DNA of 64,000 nucleotides, taken from contig JBHGNT010000021.1 in assembly GCA_043228905.1 (NCBI GenBank), positions 3,844,001 through 3,908,000 on the forward strand. The letters are read 5' to 3'. This DNA comes from Azolla caroliniana. Taxonomy: Eukaryota > Plantae > Polypodiophyta. Each line of letters opens with the position of its first letter. Position 1 is the stretch's first letter. The notes beneath the pieces were generated by a model. The model was not told the DNA's origin, did no database searches, and was given only the letters and a program-made list of their open reading frames with translations. The position numbers and the translations under genes were made by a program. Positions 1-12,719 of the stretch are shown piece by piece.

Positions 1-139
1 GCTGATTGTCAGATTTTTTACCTGCATTCTGATGATGTCAAATTAGGCTGATTTGAGCTCAGTATGAGTCCTATTATTTGAACATTGTCATCATTGTTCA
101 GCTGTCGAGTTTTCTTTGGCATTCTATTAATTTCAATCA

Positions 140-790
140 CACATATTTGAGCACACAGTAATAGTCTGGTTTGTGTTTTAGTTGTTTATTCTTGGAGCAA
201 AATGGTTAATGCTCTGATATATTTTTAGAGATGTTTTTTGGTAATGGGTCTTCACACTCAAGACTGAACCACATTATTGAAATGGTTTGTCCAACTATTT
301 GCTGTTGTAGAATATATTGGCAATCTTGTTTTTCTGTGATGGTGATAAACACTTTAATACTTTAACCCCTGTCTAATTGTTATGAATTTTTGTAGCATTA
401 TAATCATGCTAAATCAAGTTTTTGAGCACACATTGGATATTTATGTATGGAACAAAGTGGTTAATGGGAATGTGCATTAATGAAATGCGTTGTTCTCAAG
501 TGTTTTCTTCTTTAAATGTGTGAATATTTCCTGGAAATAACATTTACTGATGGATCCCATAATGAAGACCTAACTGCATTATTGAAATCGTTTGTCCAAA
601 GAAATGGCTGCTGTGCAATATATTAGCAATGCATGATTTTGCGTGAAGATGACATCTGTTTTTTGACTGTGCTGATTCTATGGAAGAGTAGAACTTATGG
701 TCTCAAAACAACCACCCTTAGGGTGATAGGGAGCTTCATAACCAAGGCAAAACTGTATTATCGAAATGATTTGCGCAACTATTTTCTGCT
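140..790. repeat. Degenerate direct repeats upstream of the first visible eIF4G exon
   Basis: Blocks such as tttgagcacaca...ggttaatg...cattattgaaat(g/c)gtttgtccaa recur at ~145-325 and ~420-630, with a partial third copy at ~750-790. Confidence 0.5.
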
Positions 791-875
791 CTAAAACTTG
801 TTGATAAGTTTTATTTGATTGTATTAATAGTTTGATGCATTACAAAATATATTCTTATTATAAGACTTCACTTAG

Positions 876-3800
876 CAAGTATGAGGCATTATGGCAATGA
901 CAGTTCAAAGCGGTCCACTGGAGCAAATGGCCAAACAAGAGGACATTCATCTGGTAATCATGAGGCCGACAATCAGAAGGCTCAACAAAACACAACTCAG
1001 TACCAAGGGCAGGCTCATGGTCAGATGATGTTCTCATTACAAGATGTTTTTTGCATGTGAAATGCTGTGTATAATGTTAATATGCTTTTTTCATTATTTC
1101 AGGAGCAAAGTCTTCTACGCCGTCAAGCAATGGGAATGCACCCAGACAATCAAAAACTGTGCCACCATTGACCTCCATTGGTTCCGCAGACCCTATACCA
1201 GCTATCTCAAAGCCAGGTTTGCATAGTTAGCATAGTCTCTTCTTATTACCTATTCATAATGCACTATTAATTGTTTAAATAAAACAGAATCAGCATGGAG
1301 CTCTGCCCATCCTCAACTATCATTCCAATTTGGAAGCATAGGAGCAACTTTCGTGCACACTGGAGTGCAGGTCCGTTTCTATTATAAGTTGAAGGGTTCT
1401 CTTCTTAGTATTGTAATTTTTCATGATTTATATAATCCTTGTATTCTGTCAGATTCCTGCACGAACAAGCTCGGCTCCACCAGACATTGAAGAACAAAAG
1501 CAAGACCAAGCACGATACACGGTAATTAATGCAGTAGGGACAAAAGGAAATGTTCCTTCTGTAGGACAGCATCAAGGAGTAAGGCCACAGTCGCAACAAT
1601 CTGGAGGACATCATCAGCAATCCACGAGGCCTCAGGTTCAGCAAACAGGTGCTGCATTGCCTGCAGGTATACCACAAACACAATATATTCACAACCAGCC
1701 TCATCAGCACCCTGTTCAGATACAGATACCACAGACTAATCCTCATGTACAAGTTCAAACTAATCCCCCACATATGCCAATGCAAACCCATTTTGTTCCT
1801 CCGCAAACTCAGCAACAAGGGCTTGTTCAACTCCCTTACCCACCAGTGCAGTTCCCGGGTCGTAACATACCAAATCAGATGTTGGGGCCACAGTTTGCTT
1901 CCATGCCACCTCAACAAATTCATCAGATACCTCATCAGCTTTCTGGACCCTCTGCTGCTCCATTAGGTCCAGGAATGGCAGGTTCTCCTTATGGAATGGT
2001 TCAGGTGCCCAATCATTTCATTCAACCCCGTACAAGTAGGGCTGTGAAAATTGTGAATCCGCAGACTCAAGAGGTATTGAAGTTTGATTCAAAAATAAAA
2101 CACGACTCTTTGAATGAAAGTACAACGTCATCTTTGTCCCAAGGGAGATTGGCAGGAAGTGGACAGTCCAGGCTGAATTTGAGCTATGCTAATGCTCATC
2201 ATCACAGCAACCAAGATGCATATTCTTCACAGCAAAATGGGGCATATGTCCCTGGCTTGAAGAATCATCATCAGCAAACTGAGCAAGGAACAGAACCGCA
2301 GAAGCAAAATTTCACTGAGACTTTTCATGGCAAGGCAGTGTCTTCTCCAAGTATTGTGGCAACCACAGGGAGTGTAAATGCGGAAAATATTGGAATGAGT
2401 CCTCATGTAGCAACACAATCTGCTGCAATTTTATTGGATGAAGATAAGAATTTATATTTGGATAAGAGTGAAAAAACCTCAGCTGTACCTATTTTGGAAG
2501 CTACTGAACAAGCTAAGGAAAATGTAATCAATGTGGAAATAGAAATGAATAGCAAAGAACAAAAATCTGATTCCTCTGATCGGTTGTCAGCACTGTTCAT
2601 TAAGGATGGTGGACAATTGGAGGAACAATCTAAGGAAGCCCAACTGGATCCCACATCATTAGGAACGCTAACAACCAAAGACACTGTGAAAGTGCCTGAA
2701 CAAGTAAAAGAGGACCAGGGAGATCCTGTTTTATTGAAAGATGCCTGCGAAATTGATTCAGTGCCAGAAATAAGTCATGGAAACAAGAAAAAGGAGTTGT
2801 TATTGGAAATCTATTCAGCAGATGCACAGGAGGTGGGAAAGGTTCAGGTTGAAGCCAGAAGGCAACCTGAGGATAAGTTGCAAGATGGATATGCTGTGAA
2901 AAGCATGCCGCTGAAACCTGAGGATCAGGCCAAGGATCAAGCAGTGGTACCTACAGCTTCAAAAGAAGGTATAAATTCTAAAGAAGGAGAAAATTTGAAA
3001 GAATGGGCAGAACCAAAGAAAGGGGCAGACTTGAAAGAAGAGTCAGATTTGAAAGAAATAATAGAATTTAATGCAATCATAACATCTACTGGTAGTATAG
3101 ATTTGATTGCACAAGATAATAATATGGCAGTTGCAACACAGCAAACTGAGGTGGATATCCCAGCACCTGCCAAGGAAGATGAGGGGAAGGAAATAGAAGG
3201 TGGCGCTAATGCATTAGAGGATTCTCTGTCAAGCCTCAGACTTGAGCCATTGGTAAATAAATCTCCAAGAGACAATGCTATTTTTGATGAGTCAGTAAAT
3301 TGTGATGCTTCCAGCCAAGGCAGAAGCATAGATGAACAATCAGCCATAGGAAAAGTTCAAGATGTACATCATATTGGTTCTGTCGTGCTTCCAATTTTGG
3401 ATATAAGTCTGGGACCAGACAAAAGTATGCAGCAAGTGCAGATGATGGATAATTTGAACAATGGGACTGCTGTGTCTACAACAAAAGGTGAAGCTGCCTC
3501 AGGAGAGATACATGTTCCTGTTGCTCTCGACACCAGGCAAGGGGGCAAGAAAAAGAAGATGAAGGATATTTTGGCTAAAGCAGATGCAGCAGGAAACACT
3601 GCTGATTTATACAATGCCTACAAAGCTCCAGAAGAGAAGAAACATGAAGCAAAAGTTTCAAAAGTGGATGACGCAAAACCTTCAAGTGCAGAATCTGTAA
3701 ATGGGTCAACTGTGCCTGATGAGAGTCCTGCATCTAAAGAACTTGAAGACTGGGAGGATGCAGTGGAACTTCCAACTCCCAAGACCTCATCAATGGCAGA

Positions 3801-6800
3801 AGCAGTTGGTAGGGGTAGCAAGTCTGCAAATGAAATGTACACTAGAGATTTCTTGCTGACATTCAAAGATCAGCATCTGGATCTTCCTGTTGACTTCGAT
3901 ATGAAACCAGAAATCATTGACTTGCTTGTCAATCCTCATCTTGTTAATCAACAGCTCTCCAATAAGACCCTTGATCGCCAGCTTAGTGGTGGCTCAAGAC
4001 GTGGTATGCTTGATGAAGATCGATGGCCGAGACAACCACAGGGTTTGCACTCTCCATCATGGCCAGAAAATTATATGGACATGGGTCCTCCAGGTGGATT
4101 CCGTCCGGGTGGTGCACCCGGTCTCATTCCTCGGATGCCCCCAAATACTCGTCCAGGAATTTCAATGGTACCCATATCCCCAGGATTAATTCCTGGGAAA
4201 CCCTCCACACCATCGCCAATCACTGGTCTTGTTAGGCCAAACACTGTCGATTCTGATAGATGGCAGAGGATGCCAACTGGGCAAAAAGGGCTTATTCCAT
4301 CCCCACACAACCCGTTACCAGCTGTACACAAGGCTGAAAAAAGATATGAAGTTGGTAAGAATACTGATGAAGAGGAGGTGAAGCAAAGGCAAATTAAAGG
4401 AATACTTAATAAGCTGACACCACAGAACTTTGATAAACTTTTTGAGAAAGTTAATGATGTGAATATTCAGTCAGCTGCTGCTCTAAATGGTGTGATATCA
4501 CAGATTTTTGATAAGGCACTCACAGAGCCAACTTTTTGTGAGATGTATGCAAAATTCTGCAAACAGCTAGCTTCGCATATGCCAGAGTTTCTTGAAGCTG
4601 ATGAAAAAGTTACATTTAAGAGGGTTCTATTAAACAAATGTCAAGAAGAGTTTCACAAGGGCGAGAAAGAGCAGGCTGAGGCTTCAAAAGTGGAGGAGGG
4701 GAAGGAGCTGAGTCTAGAAGAACGTGAGGAGAGGCGTATTAAAGGAAAGAGACGGATGCTTGGAAACATCCGATTTATTGGAGAATTATATAAAAAACAA
4801 ATGCTGACAGAACGGATCATGCATGAATGCATCATAAAGCTGTTGGGGGAATTTGAGAATCCAGAGGAAGAAGATGTTGAAGCGTTATGCAAATTAGTGA
4901 GCACCATTGGTCATATGATTGATCAACCAAAGGCAAAGGAACATATGGAGGCCTACTTTGATAGGTTTGATAGGTTATCTCATAATCAAAAGCTCTCCTC
5001 CCGTATAAGGTTCATGCTGAGGGATGTCATTGATCTTCGAAGGAATGGTTGGCAAGAGAGAAGGAAAGTTGATGGTCCAAAGAAGATAGAAGAAGTACAT
5101 CGAGATGCTGTGCAAGAGAGGCAGGCTACTGTTGCACAAGCAGGTCGTCTTTCTCGTGGACCGAGTATGGGCACATCAGCTGGGAGAAGGATCATACCTC
5201 CATCAGACTTTCCCATACGTGGTCCCTCATCACCCATGTTTTCTCCAACAACACCAATTGGTGGTTCTCAGACAGGTGGCCATAGAGGACTTCCATCTTA
5301 TGCTGGTGGCCGAAGCTCAATTTTGCAAGATGTACGGATGGAAGAAAGGTTATCTGCGGACAATAGATCCCTCCCAATGCCCTTATCCCAGCGTCCATTA
5401 GATGAGGCCCCACTAACACTTGGTCCTCAAGGTGGTCTTGGCAGGGGTATGCGTGGCCAAACTGAAGTCAGACGTTTTGGTCCAGCTTCAATGGCAGCCT
5501 ACAGCTCTGGTTCAGTTCTTGGAGTTGAAAGGCCTCACACTCCACCTGAAAAGCCTATCCTGGACAAACCAGATAGATATGTGCCTGGACCTTCCATTAA
5601 AGGCTCACACAACCTTGAACGCACTCTCAGTGATAGAGCTGTCAGTACATCTGCATCATTTGCTGAACATCATCAGCAACAGAGCAGTAGACCACCCACA
5701 GAACCTTTGTCTGTGCCTCTGGATGAAGATCAGCTGATTAAGCAAAGTAAAGGTGCTTTGGTAGAGTATTTCAGGTTTGTCTTTGTTATCAGTTGATCTG
5801 CTCTTTTCTTTGGCTTTCTTTAATTTAAGAAAAATTGTATTTTAAATGTCGAATTCTTGATGACAGTGCCCGAGATGTGAAGGAAGTAATGCGGTGCATT
5901 GAAGAATTAAGGGCTCCCAAGTTCTATTCTACGATGGTGTATATATGGATATTTCTTGCTTTGGAAAAGAAGGAATTGGAAAGAGATATTTTCATAACTC
6001 TGCTAATTAGCTTATGCAAATCTGAGCCTTTTCTGCTCAATCTGGATACAGTTTTCCTGGGGTAAGTGATGTACTATTTCTCAGAAGGTTCTGGACATGA
6101 TAGCTGTCGTGGTGCACATTTATAATATATTTTAATTGCATTTACCAAGAGATATAAACACAAATTATACTGTGAACATGCACGCAAAGGAATTCTCATG
6201 TGCAGTCATGTAATCTTCTAGAACAGAATAAAGCGTGATAAATCTTAGATGATAATGGAGTTGCACCTGAAAATAGTGAAATAGGATACTCAATATCTGA
6301 TGTGCATAGTGTGATATATAACTGGGTGCTTTGAGATCTTCTTGGTTCAAACTTTTGTTTGGTTAGGATGCTAGGATTTTAAGAAAAGAGTCATATCTTA
6401 CATGACTTGAACTTTGTTTTTGGTTCCGCAAACATGATTGTCTTATACATGTTTTGCTTGAAACAGGGAGTGCATTTTTGTTTTTCTGCTGCTAGAACTG
6501 TCTGGTTTCAATTGAGTCAATATTTATAGTCTCAAAGATATAAGTGAGCACTAATACAACATTTAGCCAGCAATTAAGAACACAATGTTTAACTGTTGTA
6601 GCCAAAAAATATATATTTTTGGAGTCTGAGATGTTACATCCAAATGTTTATAACAGCTTTCAGATGGCTATAGAGAATCTGGAAGATTTTTCAATGGATG
6701 TACCAAAGGCACCCCAATATCTGATTGGAATGTTTAAGAAGCTTATTTCAGAAGAAGTCTTATCAATGGAGCAAGTTTCAGATTTGATTAAAAAAACTGA

Positions 6801-9640
6801 TTTGATTCATTCCCTTGATATTGTAGGACAGGTAAAATTATAGATTCATTCAAGAGACTTGGTATTCCTATTTTTGCATCAACATATTTGTTCCTATGTA
6901 TTTTTTGAAGTGCTCATTTGTTTCGTGACATCCACATTTTATTATATGGTTCTCAGTCTGTCTAGATGTCTCCTTGTACAGGATGCTGATAAGCATGGAC
7001 CATCGAACATTCAACATTTAGAGAATAAACTGTCAGAATATTTAAAAGGAAACGATCCTGTTTCTGAGATAGAAAAATGGCTGGAGGTCAGTTGAGTGGC
7101 CTTGGTGTCAGGTAATTTTTGAAGATTAGGTGCTTGATATTGTATTTAATTTATCACTGCTTTATTTGTTACAGGAAAATGCAAAATCTGAAATGCAGTC
7201 GAGTTCGAGTTTTTTAAGGATGCTGATGACTCATGTTTTAAGACATTCTGTACCTGCTGCCTATGAGGTATAAGCAGCATTTAGGAAATTTTTCTTTTAT
7301 CATATCTTGAACTCTGGTTTGTTCTACATAAAAATTCCTAACATGTAATTTGCAGCCATTAATTCTTGTAAAATGGGAATGACGGTTAGATTAATTGAAT
7401 ATGATATACAATTAACTGGTTAAGCCAGCCACGTTTGTATAAGTAATTGCAGTTGATAGTACATACATGGTCACCTTTATGGGAAGGATGTTCTCACCAC
7501 GGCTCCTGCCACTCTACATAGGAGATATTAAATGCCTAATCAGCTATCATTGTCACTGTATCAAGCATCTTGAACTGAATAGCCCAGTGGATGTAGACTA
7601 CTACCCAAGCTACACATTTGCCATGCCTTGCAGTTGGCTATACCTACCCGTTTTGCTATACCCTGAGAATACATATATGTAACCCTTCCAAAAACAAGTA
7701 CATGTGAATCTAGAAATGAGCTTGCTCTAGCTTGTCATCTTTAACATTGTGGCCCTTTATTTCGTCAATCCCTTGGCAAAGTTGCTTATAGACTGCATCT
7801 TCAATGCCCCTTGAAACTTCGACGGCGATTTTGAGGTTTATCCCAAACTAGCAATGCATTGTGTTGATTGGCTAACATGTTTTGAGTGAATTATCTATTG
7901 AAGATTTAAATGGTGTCATTAATATATTTTTGTTTCTCTATTTTGAAAGTCTTTATTTGATTGGAATGTATAGGTGATTTTGAGGTTTTATAACAAAATA
8001 ACGTTGGGGGATATTTTGATTTTAACTCGAACGTATGGATATACATTTCTTGATTTTGGCTGCATCTAAAACTTTTCCTTCCTCATCTGTAGCTTAATTT
8101 TATTTGAGTAGACAATGCTGTTTCAACATAACATGGTTTTGAGTTTTAAAATTAATTTATTCTATTTTTCTGCAGAAAGAACATCAGCAGATTCTCAAAG
8201 AAAGTGTTTCTCAGTACAGGAAACTGCTTAGAAGGTTTGCAGTGGATCAAGATAAGCAACGGCAATGTATGTCTCATTCGTTGTTTCATGTTCTCTAGAA
8301 GTGTTGAATTGCTTTTAAATGTTCAATTATATCGTCCTGATTGATAGCCTTCAGGTTAAACTTGGAAATGAACCCAGCTAGTCTGGGTTGCATTGTCAGA
8401 CTTCAAAGCTTATCATGTTGTTGTCATGCCAACTTTGAGTACATAGTTATACTTGTCTGATAGTTTAAGCAATATGCTGTAGCCATCATTGTAATCCGAC
8501 TTAGCAGTTAAGTCAACCGAGTCATGCTATCCACATATCAGGGTGTCATATTTAAGTTCTCTGATTGTCTATTATCAAATGTTGATAAACAAAGTATAAT
8601 CCACTTTGTGTTGATGAGAACATACTCTATAGCAATAGTTTGATGGGCACATTCCTATATATGATTCAAAGACTTTATAAGGGAACACATTTTTTAATGA
8701 TGTGCTTCCCAATAATGAAGCATTCAAAATGTGTTTGTTTTTATTCTCCATGTTCATGCAATTATGCTTTTTGGTTTTACCTCTTTCCTTTTTAAATTTG
8801 CTTTTATTTTGATATTCTCTAATACAATTTTCTATGCTAGACATTGTTGCCATGCAGCTCTTTGTCCATGATATGGCTCATCCGGCAGGCTTAATGACTG
8901 ATTTGTGTAGTACTTTCTATGATGAAGAGGTTTGTGTAAAAATAGCTAGTGTAGTTGGATTTTACAGCACAGGATGGGTCACCATTCTGTTTCCCAACCT
9001 ACTCACTTGCTCCTAATTGTGTTGCAGGTAATATCTGAGTCTGCATATATGAAGTGGGAAGATGATGTCAGAGATACCACCGTTGGAAGGGAGCAGGTAA
9101 GTCCCTCTCTCTGTAGGTGATGTTGCCTGCTGTGGATGCCTGATGTATCATTGTCACCATCTCTTATAATTGTTTACCACTTGCACTCGCTGATTTTGTA
9201 GTTTTCAGCTTAGGTCTTACAGCATTTTCTTCTTGTTATAGGTTGCTTTGACGTCTTGCTAGTTTCTGTCCATTATCTCATGTTCTCAGTCGCCTGAGGA
9301 TGATGACCTATATCATCTCTCTCTAGTTTCTCTATCATAATAACATAACTTGATGTCTAACCCTATATAATCTGTGTACCTGAAGCATATCCATTTTGAG
9401 GTTATGAAGTTATGAACACCTAGATTTTCTGGTGTATTAATTTTTACTTGATTTAAAGGCATCTGCATAGTTTTTACTTTGTTGCACATGTTCATACAAA
9501 AGTTTATTTCATTTCATTCCCTCACTGGACTTGAATATGTAATAGCCTTAACTTGGAATCTCTTTGACATTCTGTTGCAGGCCCTTAGGGATGTATTTAG
9601 GTGGCTGGCTTGGTTGAAAACGGCACCCGAATTGAGTTAG
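876..9640 (+). CDS. eIF4G: Eukaryotic translation initiation factor 4G (large isoform). Spliced exons approx. 876-1019, 1103-1216, 1288-1370, 1453-5774, 5867-6061, 6657-6831, 6982-7086, 7175-7267, 8176-8266, 8841-8929, 9028-9096, 9581-9640. The 5' end may extend upstream (in-frame ATG at 881).
   Basis: Plant eIF4G N-terminal motifs (LSFQFGSI, IPARTSSAPPDIEEQK), eIF4E-binding YTRDFLL at ~3838, MIF4G/HEAT-1 (KGILNKLTPQNFDKL...RRMLGNIRFIGELYK), an MA3-like region, and a W2-like C-terminus. All listed junctions are GT-AG and keep frame to TAG at 9638-9640. Confidence 0.95.
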
Positions 9641-10167
9641 ACTGATGAATTTTGAGGAAGGCTATGTAACAGTATTGTTTTTGGAACAGACCCTTCTAAA
9701 GTGGGAGCGGATTCTGTACAGAAATAACGGAGACACATGCAGCTGAGGTGGATGGATGGCTATTATTTGACTTAATAATTAGTCAATGTTCACTAACATT
9801 TTGTTCGATCCACAAATATCATAGTTCTGAAATTGTTCATGTTACCTGTTGTATATTTAATCTGAGTGTTCCGTTCATTACTTTCACTCTCTCTCTCTCT
9901 TTTGTTAAACAGTTTAACTAGGGAGGGAGATTTGTTATAATTAAAAAGTGCTCAGGTGGAATTGAGAAAATACCATACATGACATTCTATATTTTTTGTG
10001 CTTTTAAGGATAAATTGACTAGAGCACCATTACTTGACAGGTTAATTCGTTGGTAATAGTGGTGACACATACCCAAACATCCTATGAGAAGATTAAAATC
10101 CAGAAGTCTTTGCTCTCTCTTGGATGTATGGTTTCTCACCTGTTCAAACATCAAAGCAGCCAGGGCG

Positions 10168-10526
10168 TGAACAAATCTGACATCTTTTTATTAATGGGGT
10201 GTAGTCTGTCCTCGATCTATTTCCTAGCCAGTTTAAAATCTGCACTTTAATAAGTTGTTTTAATAAATGGCAATACGAGCTTGGCAACTTCATGTCATAT
10301 GATTGTGATCTAATAATAAACGATTAATTATAGAAATGAAAGAGAATAATGGATAAAGCATGAACAAATTTGACATCTTGTTATTAATAGTGTTGTCTGT
10401 CATCAATCCATGCTATAGCCAGTTTAAAACCTGCATTGTAGTAAGTTTTAATAAATGGCAATTCGAGCTTGGCACCCTCATGTCATGATTGTGGTAATAA
10501 TAGACAATTAATTATAGAAAGTAAAG
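10168..10526. repeat. Tandem duplication of ~190 bp
   Basis: tgaacaaat(c/t)tgacatctt...tagccagtttaaaa...ttaattatagaaa occurs at ~10168-10341 and ~10360-10526. Confidence 0.85.
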
Positions 10527-11490
10527 AAAGAAAGAAAGAAAGAAAGATATATTAACGTCTTCTAAGGCCAAAATTGGCCCATGAGACAAATGGTGTACAA
10601 CAAAAATGGGATATTTACCCATTCATCGAAAGTAAAAATAAAAATAAGATAAAATAGAGTTTAAGCTAAATAGTTCTAAGAAAACAACAAACATGTTCTA
10701 TATAAAAAACATGTTCTACAATGAGAATGATTCTATACTAGGCCTAATTTCATTTCCATCCAAGTCTCTCGAAGAGAAGCGGGGGGTCAAAGGGTTGCCA
10801 TGATGTGGATGTGGCCCGTGGTCCCCATGTAAGAGGTACCCCAACCATAGCTTCGAGTCGACGTAGCTCACGTTCCCTTATCTTCTTAATCTTTTCTACT
10901 CCACGTTGACTTGTGTTGAAGCCCAACATCCGAGGACGTTTGGTTGCTCTTTGTATTTCTGCTTCCTCAAGGGAGAGGCCGAGTGGCATAAGTGTATCCA
11001 CATTCATCGTCTCCCCATGTTCCTGAAAAATTACACTAGGTACATGTTGATGAGTAGTAAAAGGGTTATGATTAACACTTTGTAATTTATCCTCCCTATG
11101 TTGTTTTAGCTCTAAGATATACCTACCTAGTCTCTTTACACTCGGGGTATCTAATAGTTTGGAGAGGGTGGGAGAGGGTCCTAGTATGTCTTGGTATTCC
11201 GCCCGTATCTCGGCATAAGTTGGGCACTTGCATGTGAAGTGATACTCATCCTCTATCTCTATGTGGCATAACCTACATAGCCTTTCCTCTCTAGGGACTC
11301 TATTAGCTCGACCATTCTCAATCTCAAGTTGGTGAGATGATATCCTAAGTTGTCCAATGGCCATCCTTAGTGCATTTGATAAGAAAGTATCTAGGTATCT
11401 TGGTCGTGTAATAAACCCTAACTTAGAGAAGTGCAAGAAGTGTTCCTTATAGTACACCATTTTAGATGGGAGTGGCTCTCGTGAAGATCG
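10523..11490 (-). mobile_element. 5'-truncated non-LTR retrotransposon 3' fragment with a (TCTT)n tail
   Basis: ORF 10750-11460 has the C-terminal Cys/His motif LRISSHQLEIENGR...RLCRLCHIEIEDEYHFTCKC. A tetranucleotide run (aaag)n at 10523-10546 sits at the element's 3' end. Confidence 0.75.
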
Positions 11491-11744
11491 TAATAAAGTG
11501 ATACGCCAAGAAATATGGCAAATCTACACTCGATACAAATGGAATTAATTGTCAATTCCACTCCAGCCGTCACAAGCAAGGATATTGATTTTGGACTAAT
11601 TGTGAAAGAAAAACCTTTGAAGAATAATAATTGGCATCAACATTTGTCTTGAGATGATGATTGCACCAATTGTTCACTCCATTCAACAAAAGTTGATTTG
11701 TTGGAGCGTGAAGAGACTCTCACTAATAGGACGCATCATAGTTA

Positions 11745-12032
11745 GAACATTAGTGCCCATTAACAAGGAGTAAGAAAATAAACTAGTAACCAACAACTTA
11801 CAAAGGAAGGAGGGTGCTTTATATCAAGTTGCCCTTTATCTACATTCTCTCACTAAAACGCTCACTCTCCCTCTAGCAATTTGGGGCATCCGAACATTAG
11901 TGCCCATTAACAAGGAGAAAAAAATTAAACTAGCAACCAACAACTTACAAAGGAAGGAGGGTGCTTTATATCAAGTTGCCCTTTATCTACATTCTCTCAC
12001 TAAAATGCCCACTCTCTTTAACAACTTGGGGA
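11745..12032. repeat. Tandem duplication of ~147 bp
   Basis: gaacattagtgcccattaacaaggag...tacattctctcactaaaa starts at ~11745 and again at ~11892. Confidence 0.9.
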
Positions 12033-12068
12033 ATATGGAAAGTCATTAGTTATGTGACACAGAGTTAA

Positions 12069-12713
12069 TGTTAGAAAGTAGTGGTGACCTTTGACCTGTG
12101 AGTGTGATACATTCTCAAAAACGTGTTGACACACTAGACTCAAGTTGAGTTTGATTCTCAACACGTGCCTTCAAGCTCAATTATGTCATGACCGAGTCAT
12201 GGGAAGAAGAGAACGAACCGAATCGGATAGAGTCAATGAGTATTTCGGCTAAAGCCAATAGGCTGAGGCTGAGATCGAGAATTGATTGTATAACCGATTC
12301 GGGAGACTATATTTGTAAATAGTGTACTATGTATATGAGTATATATACACTTCGGGCAAGTAGTTAGATCTATGTTATTGAATCATTATAGTTGTAACAA
12401 GTTATAGTGAGTAGTTGCCTCTGTAACAGTGAGAGAGTGAGGGTTAGCGAGTAACCCTACGGTTGTCCATCTGACGAAAGAGAGCTTCAGGTTGTTGCCT
12501 TGGAGCTTCTCATTGTACTTCCTCTCATCATAGTGATTTGTTTGGAGTTTGTGGACTCCATGTGTTTTTTCCCCCTTTTTCGGGTCTTTCCACGTTAAAT
12601 ATTCTGTATCTCTGTCTTTTTTTCAGTTTTTTTGTCTGTGCACTGTCATTGTCGATTGTTTGCACCCGAACATACGTACGAGTAATTGGTTGTGGCTGGT
12701 TCTGATCCTAACA
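12069..12713 (+). mobile_element. Isolated LTR (645 bp), copia-like
   Basis: Begins TGTTAG and ends CTAACA (inverted termini). It carries the U5-type motif gtgttttttcccc...gggtctttccacg shared with other LTRs in this window. No matching TSD. Confidence 0.7.
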
Positions 12714-12719
12714 ATTTAT

